This document shows positions 52,149-64,000 of a stretch of 64,000 bases of DNA, piece by piece. The first letter of the stretch is position 1; every line of letters starts with the position of its first letter. The translations under genes and the position numbers were made by a program. This DNA is from Phoronis australis (taxonomy: Eukaryota; Animalia; Phoronida): positions 34,925-98,924 of the forward strand of contig NMRA01000765.1 in the NCBI GenBank assembly GCA_002633005.1, written 5' to 3'. Under the pieces are notes generated by a model. It was not told the origin of the DNA. It was given only the letters and a program-made list of their open reading frames with translations, and ran no database searches.

Positions 52149-54263
52149 CTGGAAAAAAAATATATGCTGCATTTAATCCTCCCCTCATATGATACTGCTG
52201 TCTATAAGAAAACTATGACATAAATTAATTCCAAATCAATTTGAACAATTGACAGCAATTGATGGAATAACCGTCAATAAATTGAAAAGGCCCAGGTTAG
52301 AAATGACTAGCAGCCCTTCCTAAGCCGGAATTCAACAGATAGGCACTCTCTGTGGCTTAAAGATCTAAAGATCCACAAATTTCTTAAATTTGACATTTTA
52401 AAAAATTTCTTAAGTGTATTTGGTTTCATCTATGATTCAAAAGGGGTACCAACACTAAAGTTATTTCAATTCACAAACTGTAACGGGCTTTCCTCATAAT
52501 ACATTGTATTCTCTTTGTTACCTGTCTGCAGTAACCAATGATTGGCAGGGAAGTTCAGCATCCCCAGCTATGCTAATCCTTTGACATAAAGAAGCTGAAC
52601 AACCATTCCACTGTCCTGTTGTACTTTTGGCAGTTTACATTAGGTATTCAGAATCTCTAATTCAGTTTATGGTTCACTTGAAGCAGATATAAAAAAAATG
52701 AAAGCAAAACATAATGGGCTGATGACGGACTTGCAAGATGGCCCACGAGGAAATCTCTGACAAAATCTGAAATCAACGTATCTCGTGTTCTACTTGCTTT
52801 TCTAGCTGTGAACGCCATGGTGACCTTTTCTGTCATATTTATACTGCATGAACATCGACTTTTCTCACGTGAAGAGGAATGTGTTTGGGCATGACTGGTT
52901 AGTAACACCGGTGATGTTAATTATTTATGTTACATGAACGAATCGCAAAGTAGCACAAAGTAGAAATCCACGCGCCTTACATTTTATCATCTGCAAAACA
53001 CTAATACCAACAACCAAACAATGCCAGCACTCTGTGAAGTGACAAGGTTATGATTGACAAATTGGATGTCGCAACTGTACGTACTTCCAATCGGAAGGAC
53101 ATACAATTAAATTCTTAAACGGACCCATCCATGTTCATTCAAATGGAGACGAACCCCAACTCAAGAAACCACATGGTGAGACTGACAAGTTGTTTGTCTC
53201 AAGGGCAGTGCTTTCGTGCAGGGAAACTCCTTCGGACTGTTTTTTATAAAGATTAGTTAAGTTTTAAGAATTGTTAAGTTTAAAATAAAATCATTGACAA
53301 TGAGTAAATGGGTTTACTAAACACTGCTCAAGTGTGTTTTTACAAAAGTTGCAATATGTGGTTGAAAGTTTTAGACAAGTTAAGCTTTTTCGGCAAAAAA
53401 GGTCGTTTTTATGGTTCATGTGAGGATACAAATCAGCAAGTCTTTGGATTTTGACAAAATTTGAAAGTGACAAGTGTAGGATACTCTAATTTTACAAAAT
53501 GCAATTTAAGTAAACGCTTGAATCATCAGTTTTCATTGGCTAAAATTTACCAGACATTCACAGCCATAAAAACTGCCCAGCTGGCTTCTTAATCTGTTAT
53601 CCATAAGACTGCCACCAGATCTGAATCTTGAATCCGTTTGAAAGTGATAAAGAATCATCATCTCCCTAACAAAAAACTTGTGGAAGAATTTCTTAAAAAA
53701 TCGTGTGGGAGCTCCAAACATAACAAGGTAAACAGTAAAAAACAAGACATTGTTTCTCAAACATGACGTAGTGTTACCTCCCCATCAATGAGAATCCTGT
53801 CCGTGTAAAGTTAAAAATCTCAGCTCCTGGAACACAGCCTTGTTTATCCCAGCCAGATGCCATATTTGTGAAATTTGAAATCAGCCAATCACTGACCAAC
53901 TCCAAAACTAGGTCACTTAATTCAGACACATCCAAACAAAGCAAAGATATTAAGTGTAGATATTTTACTCATGATGACACATACTCTAAGACGATCTCGT
54001 CCTATTTTAGTCGCAACTTATTAATATTTAGTCATACATCAACTGTTATACTTTAGTCACGCCATCGATAGGCACATTCTAGTCATGACTAATTATTCAG
54101 TCACATATAAGTCAGATTTTAGTTATGACTTAAGGTTTAGTCATGATTTAACATAGGATAAGAGTGTACAGTCACAAGCATGGATTTACTCATAGTCGAT
54201 CAGAACTTACTGAAAAGGAATTTTGTGTGCCCTGGTGCTAAATTGAAAATCCTCAGAAGTTAA

Positions 54264-55225
54264 AGTGTACACAACATGACTCTAGTACCTCAACATAAAT
54301 TTTATTATTATATCTTACTTGATTTCAGTGCCTTTAGTGCACAGCTCATAAAGAAACACGCAAAAATTGAAAAAATAATAATTATGTACAACGTCATGGG
54401 TTGAACCCAAGTCGTTCGCCATACTGTTCGTATCAGAGACATAGTGTATAGAGTGAAGAGAAAGCAAAGTACATTTAGCGTCGAGAAGGTTCGTAGAGGG
54501 ATCAAAAGATGTTTCCAGAGGCTGCAGCAACAGCAGCAAGGCGGAGAACGTCTCGGTGTTCCGAAGGACACCAAAGTTGCGCAGAAGTGGCATCGCTTCG
54601 TGCGCTGAATGAGAGTGTGGGACGTCATCGTGGACCAAGCGATTCGGTCCGGGGCCACTCTGTGTTCTGCCCACTTTGAGGACTCGTGTTTCAACTCCAG
54701 TCACAGGAGATGTTACGATGAAGGCCTGGTTCAATAAAGGACAATAAATATCATTCAGAAACATCAGCTCTTAATTCAGGATCGTCTGTTGGATGACTGG
54801 GTTGACTCGCTGAGCCCGAGGCCGCTTCTCTCGCGGGAGGATCCAGTTCGTAAAGCTCAAAGTAGAAAAGTACGCGCTGCCGGAAGCACATTAAACTTAT
54901 TCTCGCTTTAGTGTAACACCATTTCCTCATCCTGGCCACCATTCCCGTACATATCTTCATAGTATTCGTTCAATTCTTGCTCATAATCGTCGTCGCTTTC
55001 AAATTTCCTGTTCTCTGCCATTGTTCAATGCTAGTCAATGATCTCTTGTGTTCAACCCATGACGTCACATGGCGGGAAATGTGAAAATTGGCAAAATTGA
55101 AAGAAAAATCAAAATTTTGAGCTAATTACACAAAATAAACATGGGTTTAGATAAATTTTACGTCATACATTTAGTCTGTGCCCACCGGTAATTCAAAATG
55201 TGCAAAAATCCATGGTGTGTACTGT
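54264..55225. mobile_element. TTAA-flanked TIR element (Kolobok-like) with a degenerate minus-strand ORF
   Basis: ttaa|agtgtacacaacatg ... catggtgtgtactgt|ttaa; GC-richer interior with an acidic ORF remnant at about 54750-55021. Confidence 0.6.
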
Positions 55226-56089
55226 TTAAAGGGGGCGCTTATTAGAGCAGTTAGACAGTTGCAGCATTACAAAAAAGGTGGAGTTTAGGCGCATACATGA
55301 ATGTTTGTGGTAGAAATTGAAATTACTGCAATAGAAAGAAATTTTGTTACAATACAACTTCTAGCGGTGAACTCTGCCAAGACGCGACTGTGGATATCAT
55401 TATCCACATAGTACCCTTCTTAGCTACCTGGAATTATTTTGTTTTTACATTGGCCAGCTTCAGCCAGAACAAAATTTTTCTCATTCGCGTCTGAAAAATT
55501 TATGACGTGGTCCACTGATGACCCGAGGAGTGAAAACTGGTGGTAGCGGGGAGTTGTACAATTGGCTACCAGCATGGAATATCTGGCCTCTAGGAACATC
55601 AGAGCCAGAGAAACATCGAAACATTTCAACATCGCTGTGCTAGGGAACATTGAAACCGATGAAATTCGCAAAGCACCGGGTCTTCTATAACAGGGGGTAC
55701 GTCCAAGTTCATTAATACAAACCCATGCCACTTACATGTAGAGTGAAGCCGGTATACTCTTTTAGTTAGGACTGTCACTATTCTCTTTTGATGTGCGACT
55801 TCAGAGTGGCGCAAGGACATATTAGTTCCCACACTTAAATTGCAACTGGAGTGCATGTTACATTTGCAGTAAAATATGTGTGTGACAGGTGACTCATGCA
55901 TAGGCACGTGCTGAGCACTGGAAAGGGCTTCAGAATTTGTTTGCTGTCTTTTGCCATAAAAACGAGATGCCCTCAAACAGGCCATTGATTGGTGATGACA
56001 TTTCTAAGTCATGGTTGTCTCCTGGGACATTGCATGCAAAATCGGACCAACCACTGCGATATTGACCGGGAAAATTCTAAGAGCATGAC

Positions 56090-56460
56090 AGCGTTCCGTC
56101 GTTCAGCAACTTTTCCAGACGTGAAGGGTTCTGAGCCTTCGATAACATCTCGCTCCTTTGTTAACTGCAAAGCACAGTCTTTTGTCCCATATGACAACAA
56201 GCAGGCCAATTATCTCCTAGTCATCAAAGGGTTACTGAAACCTGGCAGAATAGATTGTGGTAACTTCTGTTATAGTTGGGCCATTTTGGTGATTGAAAAA
56301 CTAAGTATGATCAGCAAGGAATTCAGAAATGCTATTGTTTTATGTTCAAATATGTTATAACTTATAATAACTTTCACGCTGATACGATCTGATCGGAGAT
56401 TAGAGCAATTATCAAACAAAAGAGAGCCGGCCCTCCAATCCAAAATGCAAGAGAGGAGTT
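56090..56460 (+). repeat. Hairpin-ended repeat family copy, 3'-truncated
   Basis: Matches the 21.8 and 61.6 kb copies. Confidence 0.7.
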
Positions 56461-56637
56461 ACAGGAGAATGCCACCCGATTAAATAAGTCTTTTTTACCG
56501 TCTCAATCGGTCTATATCCACATCGCATCTTATACAGTCGACCTCACCTTGCCGAGAGGTGTCGCGTTAACCTGTGAGGAAGGTGAGAAACGACGCAGCG
56601 ACGTCAATGGTTTGTCTGCAGAGTGAATTGCGCTATA

Positions 56638-56880
56638 TTGCGGTGCATCGTTCCTGCTTGTCTGAACTATGAAGCTGCGAAGAAAGCGGGTATATCGTTT
56701 TTTTCGACTTCCTCGAGAGCCCAAGTAAGTGGCGCGTGGTAGTGAAGAATGAAAGGTATGCTGTTCATAGCAAGTATGAGGACGTGAAACATCTCCGTGT
56801 CTGTGGCCGGCATTTCGTCGACAGTGATATTTCTCCGACGAATTCCGGCTTACCAAAGAATTATCCATACGTTCCGTTGC
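56638..56880 (+). pseudogene. Degenerate THAP zinc-finger domain, probably transposon-derived
   Basis: RCIVPAC.N....GISFFRLPREP../W.....LRVCGRHFVDSD gives the C2CH THAP signature across one frameshift. Confidence 0.75.
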
Positions 56881-57093
56881 CTGTGCATGTTCACAGCGCC
56901 TCAGTAGTATTTCTTGATCAGTGTATTCCGGTTCGAACTGATAGCCTGTGAAACCTAATGATCCGACCCGTGAAGTCTTCGTCGCCAGGATGAGCTCTTA
57001 ACTAAGTTGGGATTGGCGCCAGGTGAGTTGCCATGTAGATGTTTATTATTCTGCGTTCTGTTTCAAAATGAATTATTCTGATCTTAAAATGAT

Positions 57094-57594
57094 CAGGGCT
57101 TGGAATGACCAATGACAGAAAACGCGGAAACTTTTACTGCCCAAAACATGCGCGCTACCCAGCCTTGAAATGGTCGATGCGAACCTTTCGCCGACAAAAG
57201 TCGGGAGGACTAATAACAAAAGTTACCACCATCAGTAGTAGCATGCGTCTGCGTCCTTCTAGCTCGTCCGTCCACTCCCAACCCACACATTTTTGGCTGC
57301 AGAGCCGTAGTATTCGTCACCGCAGTTTACAATCACACGAGACGCCATTGAAAATCCCACCACGCTATCCCAGATGCCCCGGCAATGTTGACAATTTACG
57401 TTCCTCCGAAACATAAAGAGCAACTTCCGCTTTTCGAGGTGAACGTTGTCTGCAACGCCGCGGTAAGAAAGGAATTTGCCGCGGAAATTTTATATCGAAT
57501 CCGATATTTTTACGCGGACTAATATAATAAAATGCGCGGAAGAGCATTTGAAAAAAGCGGAAATCCACGTTTCCGCGGAAAATTCCAAGCCTTG
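57094..57594. mobile_element. MITE with CAGGGCTTGGAAT TIR and 6-bp TSD (aatgat)
   Basis: Homologous over its full length to 23874-24389; TSD at 57088-93 and 57595-600. Confidence 0.9.
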
Positions 57595-60365
57595 AATGAT
57601 CCTAACCAATGCTTATATGAAACTGAAACAAAGTCTGTCTCATTAGATACAATTTGTAATGCCTTGCAGTGCTCGTGAGTGCAAATGTTTTGAGAAGCCA
57701 GCAATGAATAAACTACTGTGTTACCGGCTTTTGATGCCGGCAACAAACCTAAGGTAATTGACCAGGCACCGAGGCCGTGTGAGCGCATGCTAATTCAGTG
57801 TTTGCTGACAGAAAGCTGTGGTTGTAAAACAATTACTCGATTTTATATGCTATGGTCACATGTTAGGGGAATCTTTATTTAGAAAATTAATACAAATACT
57901 TTCAACTGAAGTCATTATTACTGTACAACCTTTGCCCTGCTTCTAAATCTGGATTTAAGCAAAATGACAAAGTCCACGCATACACACATGCAAACATATC
58001 CAAATACAATTAAATGTATTTTCACGTGAAACCATTCAATGTTCTTTGAACATTGACTTGTGTGAGTTCTTAATTTTCTTAGATCTGCCCAATCAGGTAG
58101 AACTGTGTTTCAAGTCATTCACTATAGGCATCTGAGGGTTCAAATTGGAAGCTCGCATCGTATGACGTCATATGACGTAGGAGATGCGAGCCTCATTTGC
58201 ATATATTAGTGACATCTGTTGGTTCAAAAAAGAGGATCATGCCCGAGTACATGCCTAGAAAGAGGCATCTTTTGGAAGGGTAAAACAAGTCATGTTCAAA
58301 GCATCCTAGTGCCATTAATATGCAGTCTTTGGGGACCACAGTGGTGTCATTTCATAGCTAAAGAGTTAATCTTTCAAACATAATGCTTGGATTCCAGATA
58401 ACTTGAACATTTACTTTTGAAATCACGTTTGAAATCACGTTAAAATGCGCTAAAACAGTTGTCCCTTCCTGGTTATCTGTTCTTGGTAATAGTTAAATGT
58501 ATGATTGTCCACTTTCATATCAAGAAAAGTTGTGTTGTTAAGATAGGGTTTGTAATGCTTAAATGACAAAGTATTGTGCATTGTTACTAAGGTTGAATCA
58601 TTTTGGCTTCCTTCATACTCACTGCTTAATAAATAAAAAATGATAACACTTTGTATTGGACTTGTCATACTTAGGTGCTCGAACGAGTCCCCTGTTTGGA
58701 GAAATGGAATAAGGTCTGCCTCAATCATAGAAGCACGAATTCCGAAAAAAGCCGTAGAAAACAAGACAAAAGTCCACTAGAAGGCAGGAAGTACCAAAAT
58801 TTGGCATCTGCAATGCATAGCCCTGAACATACCCAGTTAGTCTTATAGTAAAAGGTACACATTCCCAAAAATTCGAGCCCCCCACTTTTTTAGGCTTGGT
58901 GCGCTCATGCAAAGTCTGGCCAAATCTCTCTTGAAAGCCAACAACTTTGCACAGTTCGCCAGAAAAACCTTAGTTCTAAACAAACCTCGTTTGAGCAAGC
59001 GCTGTGGCCAAGGACCAGGTAGGCCTAAGGGTAGTCTTGGCGCAAAGCTGTTTAGGCCTACTAACAAGCTGCATTTTGACGATGGTCTTCATACAGGTAG
59101 CTGGCACTAAGGCTAGCTAACCCTTAGGGCTGCTGTGGCATTGTGACACAGAACTAACTAGCCCGTAATTTTATGCAAGTGTCTGAAACTATCTTTGAAT
59201 ATATGCAGCATTTATGATTTGAACATTTAACTTCGACAAAACAGCTTACAACCACATGCCTTTACCGTTCGCCAGTGTCTGGTCTCGGTCCACACCGGGT
59301 CCGATCGGCTGCAGTCCTGAGTCCGGCAAAATCATTTCTGTCAAAATTTATTCGCCACATTCCGTCAGCAATTGTGATACAATTTATTAACCGGTGTCGA
59401 TTATTTTATCCCTGTTTGCCAGCTGGTAACAGACACTGCTCCAGTCGCACACACGGCGTATACCAGCATGGGTTCCTGAATGAATTGTACTTCCGGGTTT
59501 GCGGTAAGTTCAAAATGGCAGTGTGTTCTTCGGGTATGAATCGTGAGTGGCACGTTTATTTAAACTTGAACTGTTAGATAAATCACAGTAACACTAATTA
59601 TGAATGAAGGTGGACTGGTGCAGAATACGTCGAATCTGTACAAACTTTGAATGCATTTTGCCTCCCGATTAAAAGAAACCTATTTTCCAGATTTCACGAG
59701 TGTCCGTCTAGGAACAAAACATGAAAATAAAAATTGTCACTAGGGAGCATATCAGTCGTTGGATCTGTCTGAAAGTTTCTGCCACATTTCAAGAAGATCC
59801 TACAAAGGTTCGATCAGAACAAAGTGTAGCGCATACTGGGTGCCCGAACACCCAAAAAGACACGCACACATAATGGAAATATGCACCCAGCTATGGTTGT
59901 TAATTTGAAATTACATAATTATTAACAAAGTTTACCACTTTCAGCTTGAAATTTGAAGAGCCTGATTTTTGTTCACTTGCACACACTTACTAATAGTTAA
60001 TATTGTGATTGAAACAGAGTATGGTGACAAACCATTTCATTCGAGCTTAAACTGCTTTCCGGTGATATTGAAAGGCAAGCAAGATGTCGCTAGGGTTATA
60101 ATTTTCACGAAGCTTGGGCCATTTTGGAGATTACATTTTGCAAAATGGCAACCAGCTGTGATTCATCATCTACACCAGAATATTGAACTACAAGTTGGAA
60201 TAAACGGTTGATAAGTACTTAGAATAGTTGCCAATCCATTGTACAACCAAAGATTTCTTGGCGCAAGAGTCTCATATGTGACTATATATATAGCATTAAG
60301 CTGCAACACATCACAGGATTTCAGTGAAGCTATTATGTGATAATTTAAAAAAAATTCCAACTCAC

Positions 60366-60534
60366 GAGGCATTTGAAATGTCATACTTGACCTTTGTCTT
60401 TTCATTGACCTTATCACAAGTGATCTTATTGGTCTTGATAGGAAACTGGAAGTCATCGTTGTCTGGGTTAGATGTAATCATAACATCTTTCTTGTCTGCG
60501 CAAACGTTATCCGAGAAGTTCTTGAATGTGACAT
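60366..60534 (-). CDS. PKHD1L1: PKHD1L1-like gene exon (VTFKNFSDNVC...ITSNPDNDDFQFPI...ISNAS)
   Basis: ctgcag acceptor, gtgagt donor, 169 nt, phase 1 to 2, joins the 52148 exon in frame; matches recalled TNP.NED.QHPI. Confidence 0.9.
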
Positions 60535-60612
60535 CTGCAGATTGCAAGCAAATGTTTTGATGTGACTTCATCGTGAAGAATTGTTCAACTCTTAATGCTA
60601 TTTTTAGAAACG

Positions 60613-60990
60613 GACCGTAAACTGGCGGTTTAACATCCTGGGCGCTTAAATTGGAAACCCTGAGACAGGGAGGTGGGTGATTACCCACGCATTAGGCGCA
60701 ATTTAAATTAAATAGCCGCTTACGTCAAAATTTTAGCTGAACTGGGCGTGGGGAGGTCATTTGAGCATGGAATTTGTATGTTCGGTCAATCAGCAGAAAC
60801 CTGGCAACCACAAAGTTTTGTCATGGCTAAAACTGAAACAGGATTTCGACTTTGAAAGGGAGATTTTGTGAGCATGTTGCTAAAAACTGCTAAAGATGTT
60901 TTCAAATACAGTGTGCTGCAAAATTTCATACTGCAGAACATTATTAAACTCAAGTGACAGTCCACTTACCGTTATCAGCAAGTACTGTAA
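60613..60990 (+). mobile_element. Partial copy of the MITE at 536-1940
   Basis: cctgggcgct..aa.tggaaaccct.agac.ggg..gggtgattaccca...ggatttcgactttgaaaggg shared. Confidence 0.7.
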
Positions 60991-61101
60991 TCATCAGTAA
61001 ACGCAACTATATTTTGGTTCTTCGATTCGTTCAAGGCCCAAACCAAAGTTTGCATTTTCAATGGGAGGGGGGTGGGGTGGTAATTACTTGCTCAATTCAA
61101 A

Positions 61102-61440
61102 TCTATCAACAGCAGCTAACCATGTATGACGTATCATAACACACTATCAACAGCAGCNTGACGGCTCATAACACACTATCAACAGCAGCTATATATAACC
61201 ATGTATGAGGTCTCATAACACACGATCAACAGCTGCTAACCATGTATGACGTCTCATAACATACTATCAACAGCAGCTAACCATGTATGATGTCTCATAA
61301 CACACTATCAACAGCAGCTAACCATGTATGACGTCTCATAACACACTATCAACAGCAGCTAACCATGTATGATGTCTCATAACACACTATCAACAGCTGC
61401 TGACAATGTGTGATGTCTCATAACATACTATCAACACCTA
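61102..61440. repeat. Minisatellite, 41-bp unit, about 8 copies, with an assembly N at 61158
   Basis: ctatcaacagcagctaaccatgtatgacgtctcataacaca repeated. Confidence 0.95.
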
Positions 61441-61569
61441 CTAACAAACCTCATCCAAAACCAGAGTGTACATCACACAACTTCATATTTATCAACTATC
61501 AGTAGCTGCTAAAAATATGCAAGTTCTCATCAATGGATCGTTAAAAGCTGCCAAAATTGTCAGCTCATA

Positions 61570-62089
61570 ACGGCGTTTTCCCATTCAGTGACTTTACCAG
61601 ACGTAGAGGGTTGTGAGGGTGTGATAACATCTAGCTTCTTTATTAACTGTCAAGCACAGTCTTTTGTCTGTTATGACAACAGGCAGTACAATTATCTACC
61701 AGGCTTATCAGAGACCACATGTGAACACAGTCAAACCAAGAGTGACTTTGTTGGTACATTCGGAAAGAATAGATTGTCGTAACTTTGGTTGCACTTGGGC
61801 GATTTTGGCGATTCAAAAACTAAACACGATCACCGTTTGATGAGAATTTCAGAAATGCTATTGGTTTATGTTCAAATATGTTATAACTAAACTTTTATTT
61901 TTAACAGCACAGCCCAGTCAGGCTGGATAAGATCTTTAAATGCCCAGAGATTGGAGCAATTATCGAACAAAAGAAAGCTGGCCCTCCAACCATGAATGCC
62001 AGAATGGAGTTAATCAGTCGTGTAAGATATTGGCTACAGGGGTAAACTTCCCAACTTGTTGTTGGGCTATAGAATCAAACAAGTTGGGA
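61570..62089 (+). repeat. Hairpin-ended dispersed repeat copy
   Basis: Ends tcccaacttgttgttgggctatagaatcaaacaagttggga. Confidence 0.75.
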
Positions 62090-64000
62090 GTAACCGGGAA
62101 ATGCCGTAAAGTCCCATTGAACATTTTCTCATTAATACATCATCACCAACTTCTCACTAACAACAGATTTCTCAGATGGTACAACAGCATATTACAAAAT
62201 TTATAGCACATGTATTCACAAACATCTCACACTGTGTTACACACAAGCCTAGGTAAGTTATTAAGACGGAACAACGTGATATGACATTACCAAGCTTTAA
62301 GGATATCTCGAAACTTATTCACAAAAAATTAGCCATTTTTACAACATTTCACATATGTGCAAAATAATTTATCTTCATTCTCGGGGAACTTCATCAATTA
62401 AAACAAAATACATACTGCGTGGCAAGAAAAGAAGATTTAAAAGAACCACCTTGGAACCGCACAACTGCGTGGAAACTTGTTTACTGCTTATCAGAGGTCA
62501 AGGGTTGAAGGGCTTTCAATCAAACTGAATCTCCCGCCAGGTACAGAACAGCTTTGTATACCCTCAGACCTTTCATTCACCAAGTCACCATAACATTGAG
62601 TCAACCAGATGTACTCATGATAGAATGGTGCTGGGTAAAACAAAGACAAAAAGTAGTTTTGATCCAAGGGGAGTTTTGCGTCTGCATGCACACGAATGCT
62701 GGCGTTGAGAACGAACGCTACGAGTCGCCCCAGGCCTCTGTGGTCACGAACACAGCAACTTACGAAAAAAGATATTAATGCTCACCCAAATTCCTTAATT
62801 CAATTCATAAACTGACATTTTGATGTTTTGATCCTATGCTAACTACGTGCTTCAACCACCGATTTGTTTTTGTTACCCTTTTCTTACTTTGTTTCGTATC
62901 AGTCTCGTGAAAGGTACCCACTCACCCAAGGCTTTAGTGCAACCAGGTGGCGTTGTGTGTAATACCTCGCTTTGATAACAGGCAGCGCTGTTTTTAAGCA
63001 GTAACTTGTTCTTATTATGGCTTGGCTAATCAAACAGCAGACAGCCTTCTACGTTAATAGACCTTGTTCCGATTACTTGTGAATTTTTAGTGTGTATAAT
63101 CTTTACTCACCCAACAGTCCTTTTTTCAAGACTACGTATTATACGTTCATTCCTTAAAGTATTTTAGCGTGATATAGATTGTAGTGTTCATTAATAGTTT
63201 ATTAGAATAGTTTTTCCTAGTGTGTTAAATTATAGTATTTCAGACTTAGTGTTCACTATAATTTATAAGTATATTGTAAACGAGGTGACTTGACAAAATC
63301 ACTCAAGTAATCATGTTCATAATCATTTGATAAAAATTTGCGCTGCACTAAATCAAATCATGTGATAATAAAATGACACAATTTTTAAGGAGCCCTGTTT
63401 TCAATTATTGGCAATCTTATTTACCAAACAATAATTGATTTAACCATGTAAATATTCCTCCGATTCTTTGACACAAGTTAAAATGGGTAATTTTGGGGCT
63501 AATTATCACAAAATCCTTTACACTGAACAAAAAATCTACTGAGGCTGATTGCCCAAATGAATATTCAATTTCAAGTGAACACATACGTGATCTTGAAATT
63601 AAGCAAGATTCCAAGTTCACGCACAACACTGACACCTCTTAGTGATAAAGCGACAAACCACGTCATTGATGCAAACTGCCACCTGTTTGCGGTAAAGCGT
63701 TGGAAGTGTGGGTATCTTTTGCATCAGCCTCCCAGCAGTGACGTGTACAGGCTATGCGTATAACAATAAATTGTGACCTACTTATAAATGTAGGTAACAA
63801 ACAACAGTGAGACTTGGCTAGGAACGGTACGTTTTAATGATAATGAAGTTAATTAAGCACTGCAAAATAAATTGACATTGTGAGTGAATGTTGAAATAAC
63901 TATGATAGTTAAGGCTTGTACGGGTTATGTGTGCCGAAATCAAGTTTTCACAGAATAATTAACCGAAGACTGACATTTTCACTCGTCTCGTGTTAATCGA

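Noticed and set aside
62491-62691. Possible upstream PKHD1L1 exon (good acceptor near 62611; PFYHEYIWLTQCYGDL...)
   Set aside because: A phase-compatible donor exists, but the peptide does not resemble the expected upstream fibrocystin-L sequence; left uncalled

Overview
AT-rich, repeat-dense eukaryotic DNA, probably from an invertebrate animal; the species cannot be determined. One spliced gene spans almost the whole window on the minus strand: the 3' part of a fibrocystin-L (PKHD1L1)-like membrane protein. I traced 19 GT-AG exons by hand from 60534 down to about 7084, and every junction is phase-compatible; the 5' part of the gene probably lies beyond the right edge. After the conserved PKHD1L1 C-terminal region (CVDMxCD, GDYRIPK, DTETRRxSPVA, RxKR site) the protein continues with an extra Ig-like repeat and a SEA-like module carrying a GSVVV motif. 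The C-terminal exon of that module is duplicated, with GGVVF in the second copy and an RGD-containing linker exon between them. Six phase-0 micro-exons then encode a Ser/Thr/Pro stalk, followed by a transmembrane exon and a short tail. The introns hold a degenerate Gypsy element, a solo LTR, LINE fragments and several TIR elements with readable target-site duplications, one of them Transib-like. They also hold Helentron/HINE-like elements with arrays of CTCF-like motifs, fold-back elements and minisatellites. Most ORFs in the supplied track are spurious. All homology calls come from recall and eye alignment, not database searches.
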